Source of the DNA: Clostridia bacterium
Lineage (GTDB): Bacteria; Bacillota; Clostridia; TANB77; CAG-465
Assembly (NCBI GenBank): GCA_045534225.1
Contig: JAZSJJ010000009.1
Coordinates: 7,543 to 71,542 of the forward strand
DNA length: 64,000 nucleotides
Direction: 5' to 3'
Shown: positions 19,295 through 28,960 of the stretch, piece after piece
Layout of the letters: every line of letters starts with the position of its first letter
How positions within the stretch are numbered: the stretch's first letter is position 1
Program-made: the position numbers and the translations under genes
Notes under the pieces: generated by a model
Database searches by the model: none
Seen by the model: the letters and a program-made list of their open reading frames with translations, nothing else
What the model was told of the DNA's origin: nothing

Positions 19295-21088
19295 TTATTT
19301 ACAATCTTCTACAAATTTTAATTTAGAAACTATATCTTTTCCAAGATAGCTCCTAGCAAATTTTATCATTTCTTTATGACTTCTTATTTGTCCTCTAAAA
19401 TGTGCATCTATACCATATATTACTGGCACATCATATTCTGATACAATTCTCCAGAACTCTCTATTTGGATATTCTATATTTTGTTTCTTTCCACACATAT
19501 GCTTAAATATATCCATAAGATTTATCTCAAGTATTATATTATGCTTTTCTGCAAGTTTAGCTATCTTTCTTGCTATCTTTTCTTCAAACTCACCAAATTC
19601 TTTTCTTACGCACATATACATATCTGGATGAACAATAATTTTTACTAAATCATGTTCTACAGCTTCTTTCATATATTCATAATGTTCCATTATTTCATCA
19701 TTTGAAAATTCTGGCCTTATTTTTTCGTTAAACACTTTTACTTCGTTATTTTTTCTATCATATGTATAATGTTGACCTAATACTAAAAAATCGCATTCTT
19801 CTTTTAGTTCTTTAAGTTCTTCCAAATGCTCTGGTAGATATTCTATTTCAAAGCCTACTTTTATACTTATTTTATCTTTATACTTTTCTTTAAGAGTTCT
19901 AACACTATTTAAATAGTCTTCTTTTTCGCTATAATCCATTCTCATGCGTTTTCTTGTATCAATGACATTCTTTTGTGGTGCATGATCTGTAAAGGCTATT
20001 TCTTTAAATCCAGCCTTTATATATTCTTTTACATAATCTTCATCTGTTACCGTATCATCTGCATGACGACATCTATATGTATGCGAGTGGTAATTCGTTA
20101 ATTGCTTTATACCTGTATTCTTTACTGGTTCATCTTTCTTTACAAGTTTTTCTAAAACCTTAAGCATGCCTTGTATTGTTCTTTCATACATGGCAAACTC
20201 TTTTAATAGGTGCACTACAGCGTTTATTCCTTGTTTTGCTTGTTCCTCATCTTTAGATTTACCTCTGTCTAAACTGTACTTAAGCCAAGAAAACTTACCG
20301 TAAAGTGTCATATAAAGTACATCTTCGAAATTATCTAATGAGTAATGATACTTAAGATAATTTGCCATAAATAGTTCATAACGTTTTAAGTCTATTTTAC
20401 CATTCTTTGTACACCATACATATGCGTATTCGTTTGCTGCACACATATGGTTTACATATCCTACTGCATCAAAGTCTATAAAGTATGGATTAAATTTATC
20501 CCATAAAACATTATCTAATTTAAGGTCATTATGACTTATTACCTCTTTAGATTTCAAAGAAGCTATTGCATTATTTATTTTGCTTTGTAATTTTTCTATT
20601 AACTCTTTATTTTCTCTTAATGTAACATTCATCTTGTTGTTTAGGTTATATAGCCTAATGTATTTATCTACATCAATATTAAATTTCTCTTTTTTGCTTT
20701 TTAACACTGGAACATCTACATTAACATTATGCATTTTAGCTACAAAGTTACTTATAGCTAAAATATGTTCTTCTGTTATTTCTTCTTTAGTAATACTCTT
20801 CATTTTTACTTTAGGATATATTACAAAGTATGGATTATCTCCTTGTATGTATCTATCTTTAAACATTAAAGGAAGTACCATAGGTACTCCTTTATCCTTA
20901 AAGACTTCTGCAACCATTTCTTTTAGCTCACGTAAGTTTTTTTCGCTCTCACTATTTACTGCGTCTTTACTAAATACTTTAAGTACATATTTACCATTAA
21001 CATCATATGTTTCATTTTGAGAACCAATTGTCATCTTTGTGATTTCAGGTTTCTTAATACCTAAATATTTTTGTATTATTTTTTTCAT
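19295..21088 (-). CDS. Fusion: APH/choline-kinase-like phosphotransferase + HisK-type PHP phosphatase
   Basis: N-half SHNDLKLDNVLW and IDFD (Brenner motif); C-half NYHSHTYRCRHA, FTDHAP, HPD, GIDAH. Confidence 0.82.
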   Translation of the reverse strand: MKKIIQKYLGIKKPEITKMTIGSQNETYDVNGKYVLKVFSKDAVNSESEKNLRELKEMVAEVFKDKGVPMVLPLMFKDRYIQGDNPYFVIYPKVKMKSITKEEITEEHILAISNFVAKMHNVNVDVPVLKSKKEKFNIDVDKYIRLYNLNNKMNVTLRENKELIEKLQSKINNAIASLKSKEVISHNDLKLDNVLWDKFNPYFIDFDAVGYVNHMCAANEYAYVWCTKNGKIDLKRYELFMANYLKYHYSLDNFEDVLYMTLYGKFSWLKYSLDRGKSKDEEQAKQGINAVVHLLKEFAMYERTIQGMLKVLEKLVKKDEPVKNTGIKQLTNYHSHTYRCRHADDTVTDEDYVKEYIKAGFKEIAFTDHAPQKNVIDTRKRMRMDYSEKEDYLNSVRTLKEKYKDKISIKVGFEIEYLPEHLEELKELKEECDFLVLGQHYTYDRKNNEVKVFNEKIRPEFSNDEIMEHYEYMKEAVEHDLVKIIVHPDMYMCVRKEFGEFEEKIARKIAKLAEKHNIILEINLMDIFKHMCGKKQNIEYPNREFWRIVSEYDVPVIYGIDAHFRGQIRSHKEMIKFARSYLGKDIVSKLKFVEDCK

Positions 21089-21118
21089 TTTTCCTCTTAC
21101 TTATATTTTTTCTTTAGA

Positions 21119-21937
21119 TTATTGTTTTAATAATTTTTGATCAAAAAAATCTCTTTTGTTAAAGCCTGCTGTCATAAATCTCCAAGCAGCTTTAGAACTT
21201 GTTAACCATTCTATCTTAGCATCGTTTTTTGTATTCTTTAACATTCCTTCTACTAAAAACTTAGCAACAACATCTGGATAATCTCCTAGTATATTGTATA
21301 CCTTTTTAGTTTTATCTGAAAGGTTAATTGCTTCACCGTTACCAAGTGCGTTAGTTATAAAGTCTGTTATCATAATACCAGGACTAAGTTTTCCAACAAT
21401 AACACCTGTATTTCTCTCAGCAGATTCTTTCGCTAATGCTTCTGTAAAATATGTAACAGCTCTTTTACTTGTTCCATATATAGATAAGCCTAACATTTTA
21501 GCATCATTGCTACCATAACCTTCAATGTTATATATAGCTCCACCACCATTTTTAGTCATATCTAACATAGCATACTTAGAGCCTATTATAGCACCCTTTA
21601 GATCTACACTTAAAACAGTATCTATATCTTTAGTATCTAGTTCCCATATAGCTCTTTCTGGTTGGTTTACACCAGCGTTATTTATCCATATATCTATTCT
21701 GCCAAATGTTTTATTTGCATGAGCAATTAAATCTAAAATTTGTTCTTCGTTTGTTACATTACAAACTGCATATGACACTTTAGATTCGCTTTCAATTTCA
21801 TCTAATAATTTTTTAGCTTTCTTTAGATTTTCTTCCTTTAAATCGCTTATTACAACATTAACATTGTTTCTCTTAAATACCTTTGCCATTTCAAACCCAA
21901 GCCCTCTTGCGCTTCCAGTTATTACGACCGTCTTCAT
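21119..21937 (-). CDS. Short-chain dehydrogenase/reductase (NYC1/NOL-like subfamily)
   Basis: TGSARGLG, IWINNAG, YGTSK, LSPGIMITD. Confidence 0.85.
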   Translation of the reverse strand: MKTVVITGSARGLGFEMAKVFKRNNVNVVISDLKEENLKKAKKLLDEIESESKVSYAVCNVTNEEQILDLIAHANKTFGRIDIWINNAGVNQPERAIWELDTKDIDTVLSVDLKGAIIGSKYAMLDMTKNGGGAIYNIEGYGSNDAKMLGLSIYGTSKRAVTYFTEALAKESAERNTGVIVGKLSPGIMITDFITNALGNGEAINLSDKTKKVYNILGDYPDVVAKFLVEGMLKNTKNDAKIEWLTSSKAAWRFMTAGFNKRDFFDQKLLKQ

Positions 21938-22072
21938 ATGTTTTACCTCCTAAGATACTTAACCTAAATCTATGTATAAGTATCCACTATACTATTATAC
22001 AAATATATGTTATCACAAAGATTTTTCAAATGCTATATGTTTTTTGTTATTTTTTTAGTTTTTATAAAACAC

Positions 22073-22105
22073 TAAGACTACGTTCTATATTAAAACGTAG
22101 TCTTA
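22073..22105 (-). terminator. Terminator after acetyltransferase gene
   Basis: Perfect 12-bp stem TAAGACTACGTT / AACGTAGTCTTA. Confidence 0.7.
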
Positions 22106-22109
22106 TTTA

Positions 22110-22670
22110 TTATACCTTATTATTTATATATTCTTCTGTTGCATTTTCTCTTGGAATAATTCTACCAGGATTTCCAATTACTATAGAATGATCTGGTACA
22201 TCAAAATTAACATATGTAAGAGGTGCAATTAAAACATCTTCTCCTATTGTTATATTACCAACAATAACGGCATTAGTACCAATCCATACATTATCTTTAA
22301 TAGTAGGAGTACCTTTTCTTTTTCCTCTATTTTCTTGTCCTATTGTAACACCGGTTGCAATGTTTATATTTTTACCTAAAACTGCATTATGGTTAATAAT
22401 AATTCTACCACAGTGGCCTATATAGAAGCCCTCTCGTATTTTAGTCTTTGGAGATATTCTAATATGTGTTATTCTAGATAATTTATCTAATCTTTTTTCA
22501 TACCACCATTTCTTAATACCTTTAGATTCTTGGCATTTACGAAAATAATATATATATTTTATTTCATTACCACGATTACGTTTTTCTTTTCTACTTTCAC
22601 CTTGTTCTCCATAGTAACGATATATGTCTTTTTCAAATACAGATTTCATAATCTTCTCCTTTGCACACAT
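22110..22670 (-). CDS. Hexapeptide-repeat (serine acetyltransferase-like) polysaccharide O-acetyltransferase
   Basis: GFYIGH, GKNINIATGVTIG, PTIKDNVWIGTNAVIVG, VIGNPGR; terminal gene of glycan locus. Confidence 0.85.
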   Translation of the reverse strand: MCAKEKIMKSVFEKDIYRYYGEQGESRKEKRNRGNEIKYIYYFRKCQESKGIKKWWYEKRLDKLSRITHIRISPKTKIREGFYIGHCGRIIINHNAVLGKNINIATGVTIGQENRGKRKGTPTIKDNVWIGTNAVIVGNITIGEDVLIAPLTYVNFDVPDHSIVIGNPGRIIPRENATEEYINNKV

Positions 22671-22711
22671 ATATTCTACTACAGATTAGTTGTTTTTGCA
22701 AATTAGTTAAC

Positions 22712-24142
22712 TTATGTAAGCAGAACTTGTTCTTCTGACATTTTTTCTAGCATATCAATTATTTCCGAATTTGACTTTTCGTCATCTGCTTTAATCGTTT
22801 TAGAAATTGTAGTTACCAATTCTTCTATTTTTTCTACATGCCCATAATTGTGTTCGCGTGAATAATGCTTATATCTGTTTAATTCTTCCATCAAATAATC
22901 CATTATTTTTTGATATATTTCAAATTTATCGCGCTTATTTTTTGCTGTTTTCAATTGATGTGAAAGTAGTTTATATTTTTCTTTATCTATTCTTAACGAA
23001 CCACTTCTATTATCTGTATTTAATTCAATATAATTTACGATATCATCAATGTAATCTTTCACAATTTTAACTTCATATTCATCATTGTTATATATGTATT
23101 CTTTAAGATTCAAAAGCTTTTGATATGCTCTATCCCTCACCCATCTTGATACATTTGCTCTAAAAATAACATGTTTTAATGCTATAAATATTTCTGCTGG
23201 ACTACTTAATTCTTCAATATTGTTTTTTAAGTAATTTAATCTGCTTAATACGATATTATCATATTCTCTATCCCTCATTCTTCTTACTTCTTTTAGTTCA
23301 TCTATAATATCTTTATTAGCACTTCCTTGTTCCAAGTTTTTATTACAAGCTTCTGCAAAACCATCTGCTGTATATAAAAGTAATAAGTGTCCTGTTTCAT
23401 TATAAAACTCATTTAACAATTCGCTTCTTCCACCTAAAGTCTTACCATTCATCCTGCTGAACCAATCCTCTTTTGCGTCATCAGTTACAAATATAATATC
23501 TTTTTCTTCTTGTTTGGCTTTTTTTATAAATGCATAATAAATATAATAATCCCCGTTTTCCGGCTTGCTGCTATCTTTATAGCCCGGAGGAATTTCTTCA
23601 CTTACCCTACGTTTTCCTTCGGCTTTTATGGTTTTATATTCTTCTCCTGTTATTTCTTCTCCTATTGAATCATTAAATAAATCAATTATTTCTTTTCCTA
23701 TTTTTTCACCCAGAATTTCAGGCTTTTTAGTGCTTTGTTCTTTAGTCAATATATCCTTTATTCTATCTTGACTCTCAACCAAAATTCTAATTATTTCTTC
23801 TTTACATTTTAATTGTGTATTCTTTTTAGATTCCACAGCACCTTTTGCTTCTTTTATCTTATCGCTTATTGTTCCTAACAATGATTTATATTCATTATAT
23901 GAATCATACATTACTTTATTTTTATTCTTAAAATACTCTTTTCCTACATAATAAGGAATCCATAGTCTATCCTTTTGTTTTTTTAATATCTCATAAATAC
24001 TTTTTCTTGTATCCTCAGAATACCTATAAAAATTCAATAAGATATTAGTATCTACTACTATTATTCCATTACTCCAAATTCTTTTATATTCTTCTTTTGA
24101 GTAATCAGCATAACCCTTGAATAATTCTTTCATATTAGCCAT
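22712..24142 (-). CDS. PIN-like domain protein (PIN_8/DUF4935 type) with helical C-terminal extension
   Basis: VVDTNILLNFYRYS, RLWIPY, IPPGYKD, NGDYYIY, FVTDDAKEDWF acidic motifs. Confidence 0.8.
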   Translation of the reverse strand: MANMKELFKGYADYSKEEYKRIWSNGIIVVDTNILLNFYRYSEDTRKSIYEILKKQKDRLWIPYYVGKEYFKNKNKVMYDSYNEYKSLLGTISDKIKEAKGAVESKKNTQLKCKEEIIRILVESQDRIKDILTKEQSTKKPEILGEKIGKEIIDLFNDSIGEEITGEEYKTIKAEGKRRVSEEIPPGYKDSSKPENGDYYIYYAFIKKAKQEEKDIIFVTDDAKEDWFSRMNGKTLGGRSELLNEFYNETGHLLLLYTADGFAEACNKNLEQGSANKDIIDELKEVRRMRDREYDNIVLSRLNYLKNNIEELSSPAEIFIALKHVIFRANVSRWVRDRAYQKLLNLKEYIYNNDEYEVKIVKDYIDDIVNYIELNTDNRSGSLRIDKEKYKLLSHQLKTAKNKRDKFEIYQKIMDYLMEELNRYKHYSREHNYGHVEKIEELVTTISKTIKADDEKSNSEIIDMLEKMSEEQVLLT

Positions 24143-24240
24143 ATTTTTCCTTCTCCCTCCTCGATAATTGTATTTATAATATCAATATATTTTGTCGTAT
24201 TATGTAGAAAATTGAAGTAATATTATGACTCTATGTGATA

Positions 24241-24271
24241 AAAATGTGTAAATTTTACATTTACACATTTT
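24241..24271. terminator. Perfect 12-bp inverted repeat (terminator or operator) upstream of PIN gene
   Basis: AAAATGTGTAAA-TTTTACA-TTTACACATTTT. Confidence 0.5.
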
Positions 24272-24353
24272 ATTGGTTTTCAAAGCAAAAAAGAATACAG
24301 CCAAAAATATTTGTCTGCATTCTTCGTGTTATCTGCCGATGGAATAGTATTCA

Positions 24354-24630
24354 ACTCCAACTTTTGACATTGCTTTCAGTTCCGATAACGATACGCTTAA
24401 CCTGAAGCGTATCCCTTACAGCAGTTCCCTGTACAAGGAACTCGGGGTTACTTGCAACCTCAACTTTGACATCATGCACAAGGCAGCTTTAATGAACTGT
24501 TCAACTTTGTCATTAGTACCAATAAGCACTGTAGATTTTACAACAATACAGTCCTTTTCAACCGTTTCTGCAATCTGTCTTGAAACCTCCGCTGCATAGT
24601 TCATATTTGCAGCAGCGCCAGGCGAAGCAC
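24354..24630 (-). pseudogene. ugd: Internal fragment of UDP-glucose/GDP-mannose dehydrogenase, frameshifted
   Basis: One frame reads RQIAETVEKDCIVVKSTVLIGTNDKVEQFIK, the shifted frame continues HDVKVEVASNPEFLVQGTAVRDTLQVKRIVIGTES; no N- or C-terminus; GC-richer than flanks. Confidence 0.85.
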
Positions 24631-24653
24631 CTAATTTTACTATATATTTTTAA

Positions 24654-25175
24654 TTATTTATTTCTCATTTTTATTATTTCTAAGAATTTTACACCTAAAT
24701 ATACAAATAATACTCCTACCGTTACTCCGCTGCTATCTATTATTACATCTCTCAATTCCCCACATCTACCCGGAACTAACAATTGGTGGATTTCATCAGT
24801 TACTGCATACATAGCACCGAATAGTATAGATAACGTTTTTGTATACACTACTTTTTCTTTAAATTGTATTGTTAAATTGTATATTAACATTCCACCCAAT
24901 ACATAAAGTATAAAATGTGCTAACTTTCTTGTTATTGGCTGAAGCAGTATTACTAATTCTTCTAGTTTAGCTTTTGTAATATTTTTATTAAATAAAGTTA
25001 TTAGCCACCTAATTGTATTGCCACTTGTTCTATCTGAAACATCTGCCACTTCGGCAGAAAGAAAAAAAACAATTAACATCCATAATATTAAAAGAATTAT
25101 ACTAACACTTATATATATTATTTTTTTATAATTTACTTTACTCATATTATTATTTATATAACTCCATGTTTTCAT
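24654..25175 (-). CDS. VanZ-family membrane protein (likely start about 25145)
   Basis: WMLIVFFLSAE, RKLAHFILY, YAVTDEIHQLLVPGRCGELRDVIIDSSG. Confidence 0.9.
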   Translation of the reverse strand: MKTWSYINNNMSKVNYKKIIYISVSIILLILWMLIVFFLSAEVADVSDRTSGNTIRWLITLFNKNITKAKLEELVILLQPITRKLAHFILYVLGGMLIYNLTIQFKEKVVYTKTLSILFGAMYAVTDEIHQLLVPGRCGELRDVIIDSSGVTVGVLFVYLGVKFLEIIKMRNK

Positions 25176-25407
25176 TAAATATTCTTGATATTTCCTCTTT
25201 GTTTCTAATATCTACTCTATACAATGTATAGTTTAAATTGTCTAAAAACTCATTGATATTATTTTCTTTTATAGAAGGATTATAGAAATCGCAAAAATTA
25301 TCTATTGCAATTACTTTATTTCCTTCATTTAACAGTCTCTCTGTTACGCTAGAACCAATAAGTCCAGCTTCACCTGTTACTAAATATGTTTTCACATTTT
25401 TCTCCAC
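25150..25407 (-). pseudogene. Truncated NAD-dependent nucleotide-sugar epimerase (N-terminal 85 aa only)
   Basis: YLVTGEAGLIGS (degenerate GxxGxxG), IDNFCDFYNPSIKENN, DIRN; stops before the HLAA motif. Confidence 0.8.
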
Positions 25408-26485
25408 TTAAATATATTTCTTGCATTTTATTTGCTACCTTAGTAATATCATACTCATTAAGTCTTATATCATTTATATCTTCTCTTTTCATGTCTATAT
25501 TACTTAATCTTTCGGACCATACCTCACTTGAGTTATTCAAATCTTCAAAAATTACATTTCCAGTTACATCTGTATTAACATCTATAGTATTTGATGTTAA
25601 TACTTTTAAACCGTTGCATTGTGCTTCAATTGCTGTAACACTTAGCCCTTCATACAAAGATGGAAGTAGAACAATATCCATAACAGAATATAATCTATAT
25701 ACATCTGTCCTGAGTCCTAAAAATTTAACTTTGTTTTGGAGTTTAAAACTTTCTACTTTATCTATAATTGTTTGTTTTAATTCTCCATCTCCAATTAATA
25801 ATAAAACTGCATCATGTGTCTTTTGATATTCATTAAATATATCAACCAAAAACTCATGATTCTTTTGTTTACAAAATCTGCCAACGTGTCCTATAACTGT
25901 AGTATCATCTGAAACATCTAGTTCTTTTCTTAGTTCAACTCTAGTTTTCTTATCAAATCTAAATTTTTCAATATTAATTCCATTATTTATAACTATGGCC
26001 TTGTCACTTTCTTTAGTATATAGCCATTTCGCAGCTTGTTCACCACATGCTAGTTTCACAGTAGTATTTTTATTTATTTTACTTTGCAAATATTTTTTAT
26101 ATATCTTAGCAACAATATTGTTGGAATTTCTTGTATTATGGCTATGAGAAATAATGTTTTTTACTCCACATTTTTTTGCTGTCTCAACAATTATACCACT
26201 TACTTGATCAATATGTGAATGAACGGTTTTATACTCTGGATGTTTACTAAAGAATTTTTTCAACTCTTTTCCATATTTAACCTGTCCTACTTCTGTCAAA
26301 TATGGAATTTTATATATTTTTCCACCTAAACGCTTTATTTCTTCATCATAATTTCCATTATCACTAACCAAAAAATCGAATTGCACTTTATCTCTATCAA
26401 TATTCCTATAAACATTCATAATAAATGTCTCTGCGCCCCCAAAGCCCATCGCTCTTATAATCTGTAAAACCCTAATCTTTTCCAT
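25370..26485 (-). CDS. GT4 glycosyltransferase (Cap1E/EpsF-like)
   Basis: GGAETFIMNVYR, HVGRFCKQKNHEF, PSLYEGLSVTAIEAQ. Confidence 0.92.
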   Translation of the reverse strand: MEKIRVLQIIRAMGFGGAETFIMNVYRNIDRDKVQFDFLVSDNGNYDEEIKRLGGKIYKIPYLTEVGQVKYGKELKKFFSKHPEYKTVHSHIDQVSGIIVETAKKCGVKNIISHSHNTRNSNNIVAKIYKKYLQSKINKNTTVKLACGEQAAKWLYTKESDKAIVINNGINIEKFRFDKKTRVELRKELDVSDDTTVIGHVGRFCKQKNHEFLVDIFNEYQKTHDAVLLLIGDGELKQTIIDKVESFKLQNKVKFLGLRTDVYRLYSVMDIVLLPSLYEGLSVTAIEAQCNGLKVLTSNTIDVNTDVTGNVIFEDLNNSSEVWSERLSNIDMKREDINDIRLNEYDITKVANKMQEIYLSGEKCENIFSNR

Positions 26486-26506
26486 TTATTCTACCTCTAT
26501 GTCTTA

Positions 26507-27610
26507 TTAGTTTTTATAAATTTCCTTCATATTCTCTGAAATAGCGCTCTTAGTATACTTTACAGTATCTACACTTGCATTTATTTCGTTATTAAATATA
26601 ACTTTTTTTATTTTTTCTATTAATCCCTGCTCGTCTCCAAGTTCAACTATATAACCATTTACACCATCTTGTATTAAATCTCTATTTCCTCTACAGTTAG
26701 TTGCAATTATAGGTAAACCCGCTATCATTGATTCCATAATATTTACTGGTAGACCTTCCTGTTTAGAAGTAGATACTGATAAATTAGATATCTTTAATAA
26801 TTTTGGAATATCATCTCTAAAACCAAGAAATTTAACATGTTGTGTAATATTTAGAGCTTCTGCTAATTGTTGATATTTGCCATTAAGTGAATCTCTCCCC
26901 GGTAGTAATAGTTTTATTTTTACATTCTCATTAATTAACGACGCAACTGCTCTTATTAACATGCCTTGATTTTTTCTTTCACTCAACTCAGCTGTATAAA
27001 TTATAATAAAATCTTCTTCTTCTATTTCTAATTCTTTCTTCAAGCTATTTTTATCTTGTTCTGCTACTTCAAAATTAAATCTATTTTCATCAACTCCTAT
27101 ACCATTAACAAACTCCACTTTTTTTGCATGGAATTTAGATTTTGCTATGTTGTAATCTTCTTTATTAATCGTAATTAACGTGTCAGTATATTTAGAAAGC
27201 CATTTTTCTATAGGATAAAAAACCAGCCAATTCATCAGAGGTGCCCCCTTGAAAAAATGGAACCCGTGAGCAGTATAGAACACTCTTGTTCCATTTTTCT
27301 TTGCTTTCCTTGCTGCAAGTCTCGTTAAAACTCCCCCCATAGGCGAATGACAATGTATAAGGTCATAATCCCCCTCAGCTATAATTTGTTTTACTTGTTT
27401 ATACGCTTTTATATTTGTTAGTAAATATGGTGAACGTTGTATATCGAATGGATGCCTTATTATCTCCAATTCATCAAGCGCTTCAGTAGCATCATCAAAA
27501 TTAGCAGCACAATGTATTTCATACCCTAATCCTTTTAATACTTCTATATTTCCTCTTTCAAATAATGTAAATTGTCTGCTTACTGTAGATACTATTAAAC
27601 ATTTTTTCAA
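26507..27610 (-). CDS. GT4 glycosyltransferase (EpsD/Cap1E-like)
   Basis: HCHSPMGGVLTRLA, YTAHGFHF, SKQEGLPVNIMESM. Confidence 0.92.
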   Translation of the reverse strand: MKKCLIVSTVSRQFTLFERGNIEVLKGLGYEIHCAANFDDATEALDELEIIRHPFDIQRSPYLLTNIKAYKQVKQIIAEGDYDLIHCHSPMGGVLTRLAARKAKKNGTRVFYTAHGFHFFKGAPLMNWLVFYPIEKWLSKYTDTLITINKEDYNIAKSKFHAKKVEFVNGIGVDENRFNFEVAEQDKNSLKKELEIEEEDFIIIYTAELSERKNQGMLIRAVASLINENVKIKLLLPGRDSLNGKYQQLAEALNITQHVKFLGFRDDIPKLLKISNLSVSTSKQEGLPVNIMESMIAGLPIIATNCRGNRDLIQDGVNGYIVELGDEQGLIEKIKKVIFNNEINASVDTVKYTKSAISENMKEIYKN

Positions 27611-28368
27611 TTTTTATTCCCCCATACATGATATATACTATTATAGTGTGAAACTCTGTAACCACAAGAGATATAAAAGTTTTGTGCCGTTATATTCTGT
27701 AGTTGTGTTCCTACTTCTAATTTTTCAATTTCTCTATTATTTACATACCACTCAAAAGATGTCATCATTTTTCTTCCAATGCCTTTTTGGGAATGCTCCT
27801 TATCCACAGCTATTAACTCAATTGTTGCTACGCTTTTTTGTTCGTCGAGACTGAATAGTAAAAATCCCAACTCTACCCCATTCTCTTTATAGATACAAAT
27901 ATACTTGTCCTCTCTATTGAACGAGTTCTTTAACCTGTTATAATACATATCTTTAGATTTCTCAATGTCTAGATTAGAATCATTGAAAAACCTTGAATAT
28001 ACAAACGAATTCTTACTTATCTGTAATAATAAATCATTTGCTGGAATATTGTTGCCAATTTCAACATTTTCATCTCTAATATTTCTATTACACTGTTTAA
28101 CTAATTGCACATTAACATCTCTTAACACTGCATTTCTAATTTTAGCAATATATTCATTGTTTATATTTGAATTGTTATGATTCATTATTGTCACATAATC
28201 ATAACTAACAATTCTATTTTTTATTTCTTCATAATCTTGCTCACATATATCTCCTAACAAATCAACTCTTCCGCTAGTAACACCAAAATATTCTGTATCC
28301 CAATCTAAATCTCTTATTTTATATTTTTCGCTATCCAACTTAATTTTCTCCCTCTTCTTTAGTTTCAT
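27607..28368 (-). CDS. GNAT acetyltransferase, WecD-like
   Basis: LDWDTEYFG, YSRFFND, IELIAVDKEHSQKGIG, VGTQLQNITAQNFY. Confidence 0.8.
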   Translation of the reverse strand: MKLKKREKIKLDSEKYKIRDLDWDTEYFGVTSGRVDLLGDICEQDYEEIKNRIVSYDYVTIMNHNNSNINNEYIAKIRNAVLRDVNVQLVKQCNRNIRDENVEIGNNIPANDLLLQISKNSFVYSRFFNDSNLDIEKSKDMYYNRLKNSFNREDKYICIYKENGVELGFLLFSLDEQKSVATIELIAVDKEHSQKGIGRKMMTSFEWYVNNREIEKLEVGTQLQNITAQNFYISCGYRVSHYNSIYHVWGNKN

Positions 28369-28960
28369 TTATATAAACATTCTCTAGTCTAACTAAAATA
28401 GATATTGTTTTTAAAACAACTTTAACATCTAGTAGAAATGACATATTATCTATATAATAAATATCATTTTTTATTCTATCTTTCCATTCTACAGAATTTC
28501 TGTAATAAGCTTGATTATATCCTGTTATTCCTGGTAAAACTTCCAATTTTCTTTTTTCGCTGTCAGTATATAATTTCATATGCTCGGGCAAATCAGGTCT
28601 TGGCCCTATAAAACTCATATTTCCTATAAGTACATTAATTATTTGTGGTAATTCATCTATGCTGGTTTTTCTAATAAATTTACCTACTCTAGTTAATCTA
28701 GGATCGTCTTCACCGTTATATGTAGAACCATCCGCATTTCTAATATCTTCAGCATTTACTTTCATCGAACGAAATTTATACATCTTGTATATTTTACCAT
28801 CTTTACCAAGCCTTAAGACATTATAAAATACCGGTCCTCTATCATCTATTTTTATAGCTATAGCTACAAACATATATACGATAACAAATGGAATCACCAT
28901 AACACAAGCCATGATAAAGTCCAATACTCTCTTTACTATTTTTTTATACATATCTTTCAC
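28340..28960 (-). CDS. Priming phosphoglycosyl transferase (PglC/EpsL-like)
   Basis: KRVLDF, KFRSM, DPRLTRVGKFIRKTSIDELPQ, GPRPDL, PGITGYNQ. Confidence 0.92.
   Translation of the reverse strand: MKDMYKKIVKRVLDFIMACVMVIPFVIVYMFVAIAIKIDDRGPVFYNVLRLGKDGKIYKMYKFRSMKVNAEDIRNADGSTYNGEDDPRLTRVGKFIRKTSIDELPQIINVLIGNMSFIGPRPDLPEHMKLYTDSEKRKLEVLPGITGYNQAYYRNSVEWKDRIKNDIYYIDNMSFLLDVKVVLKTISILVRLENVYINETKEEGEN

Noticed and set aside
19202-19295. Possible NiCo riboswitch upstream of czcD
   Set aside because: Interval holds only a terminator hairpin and AT-rich promoter sequence.
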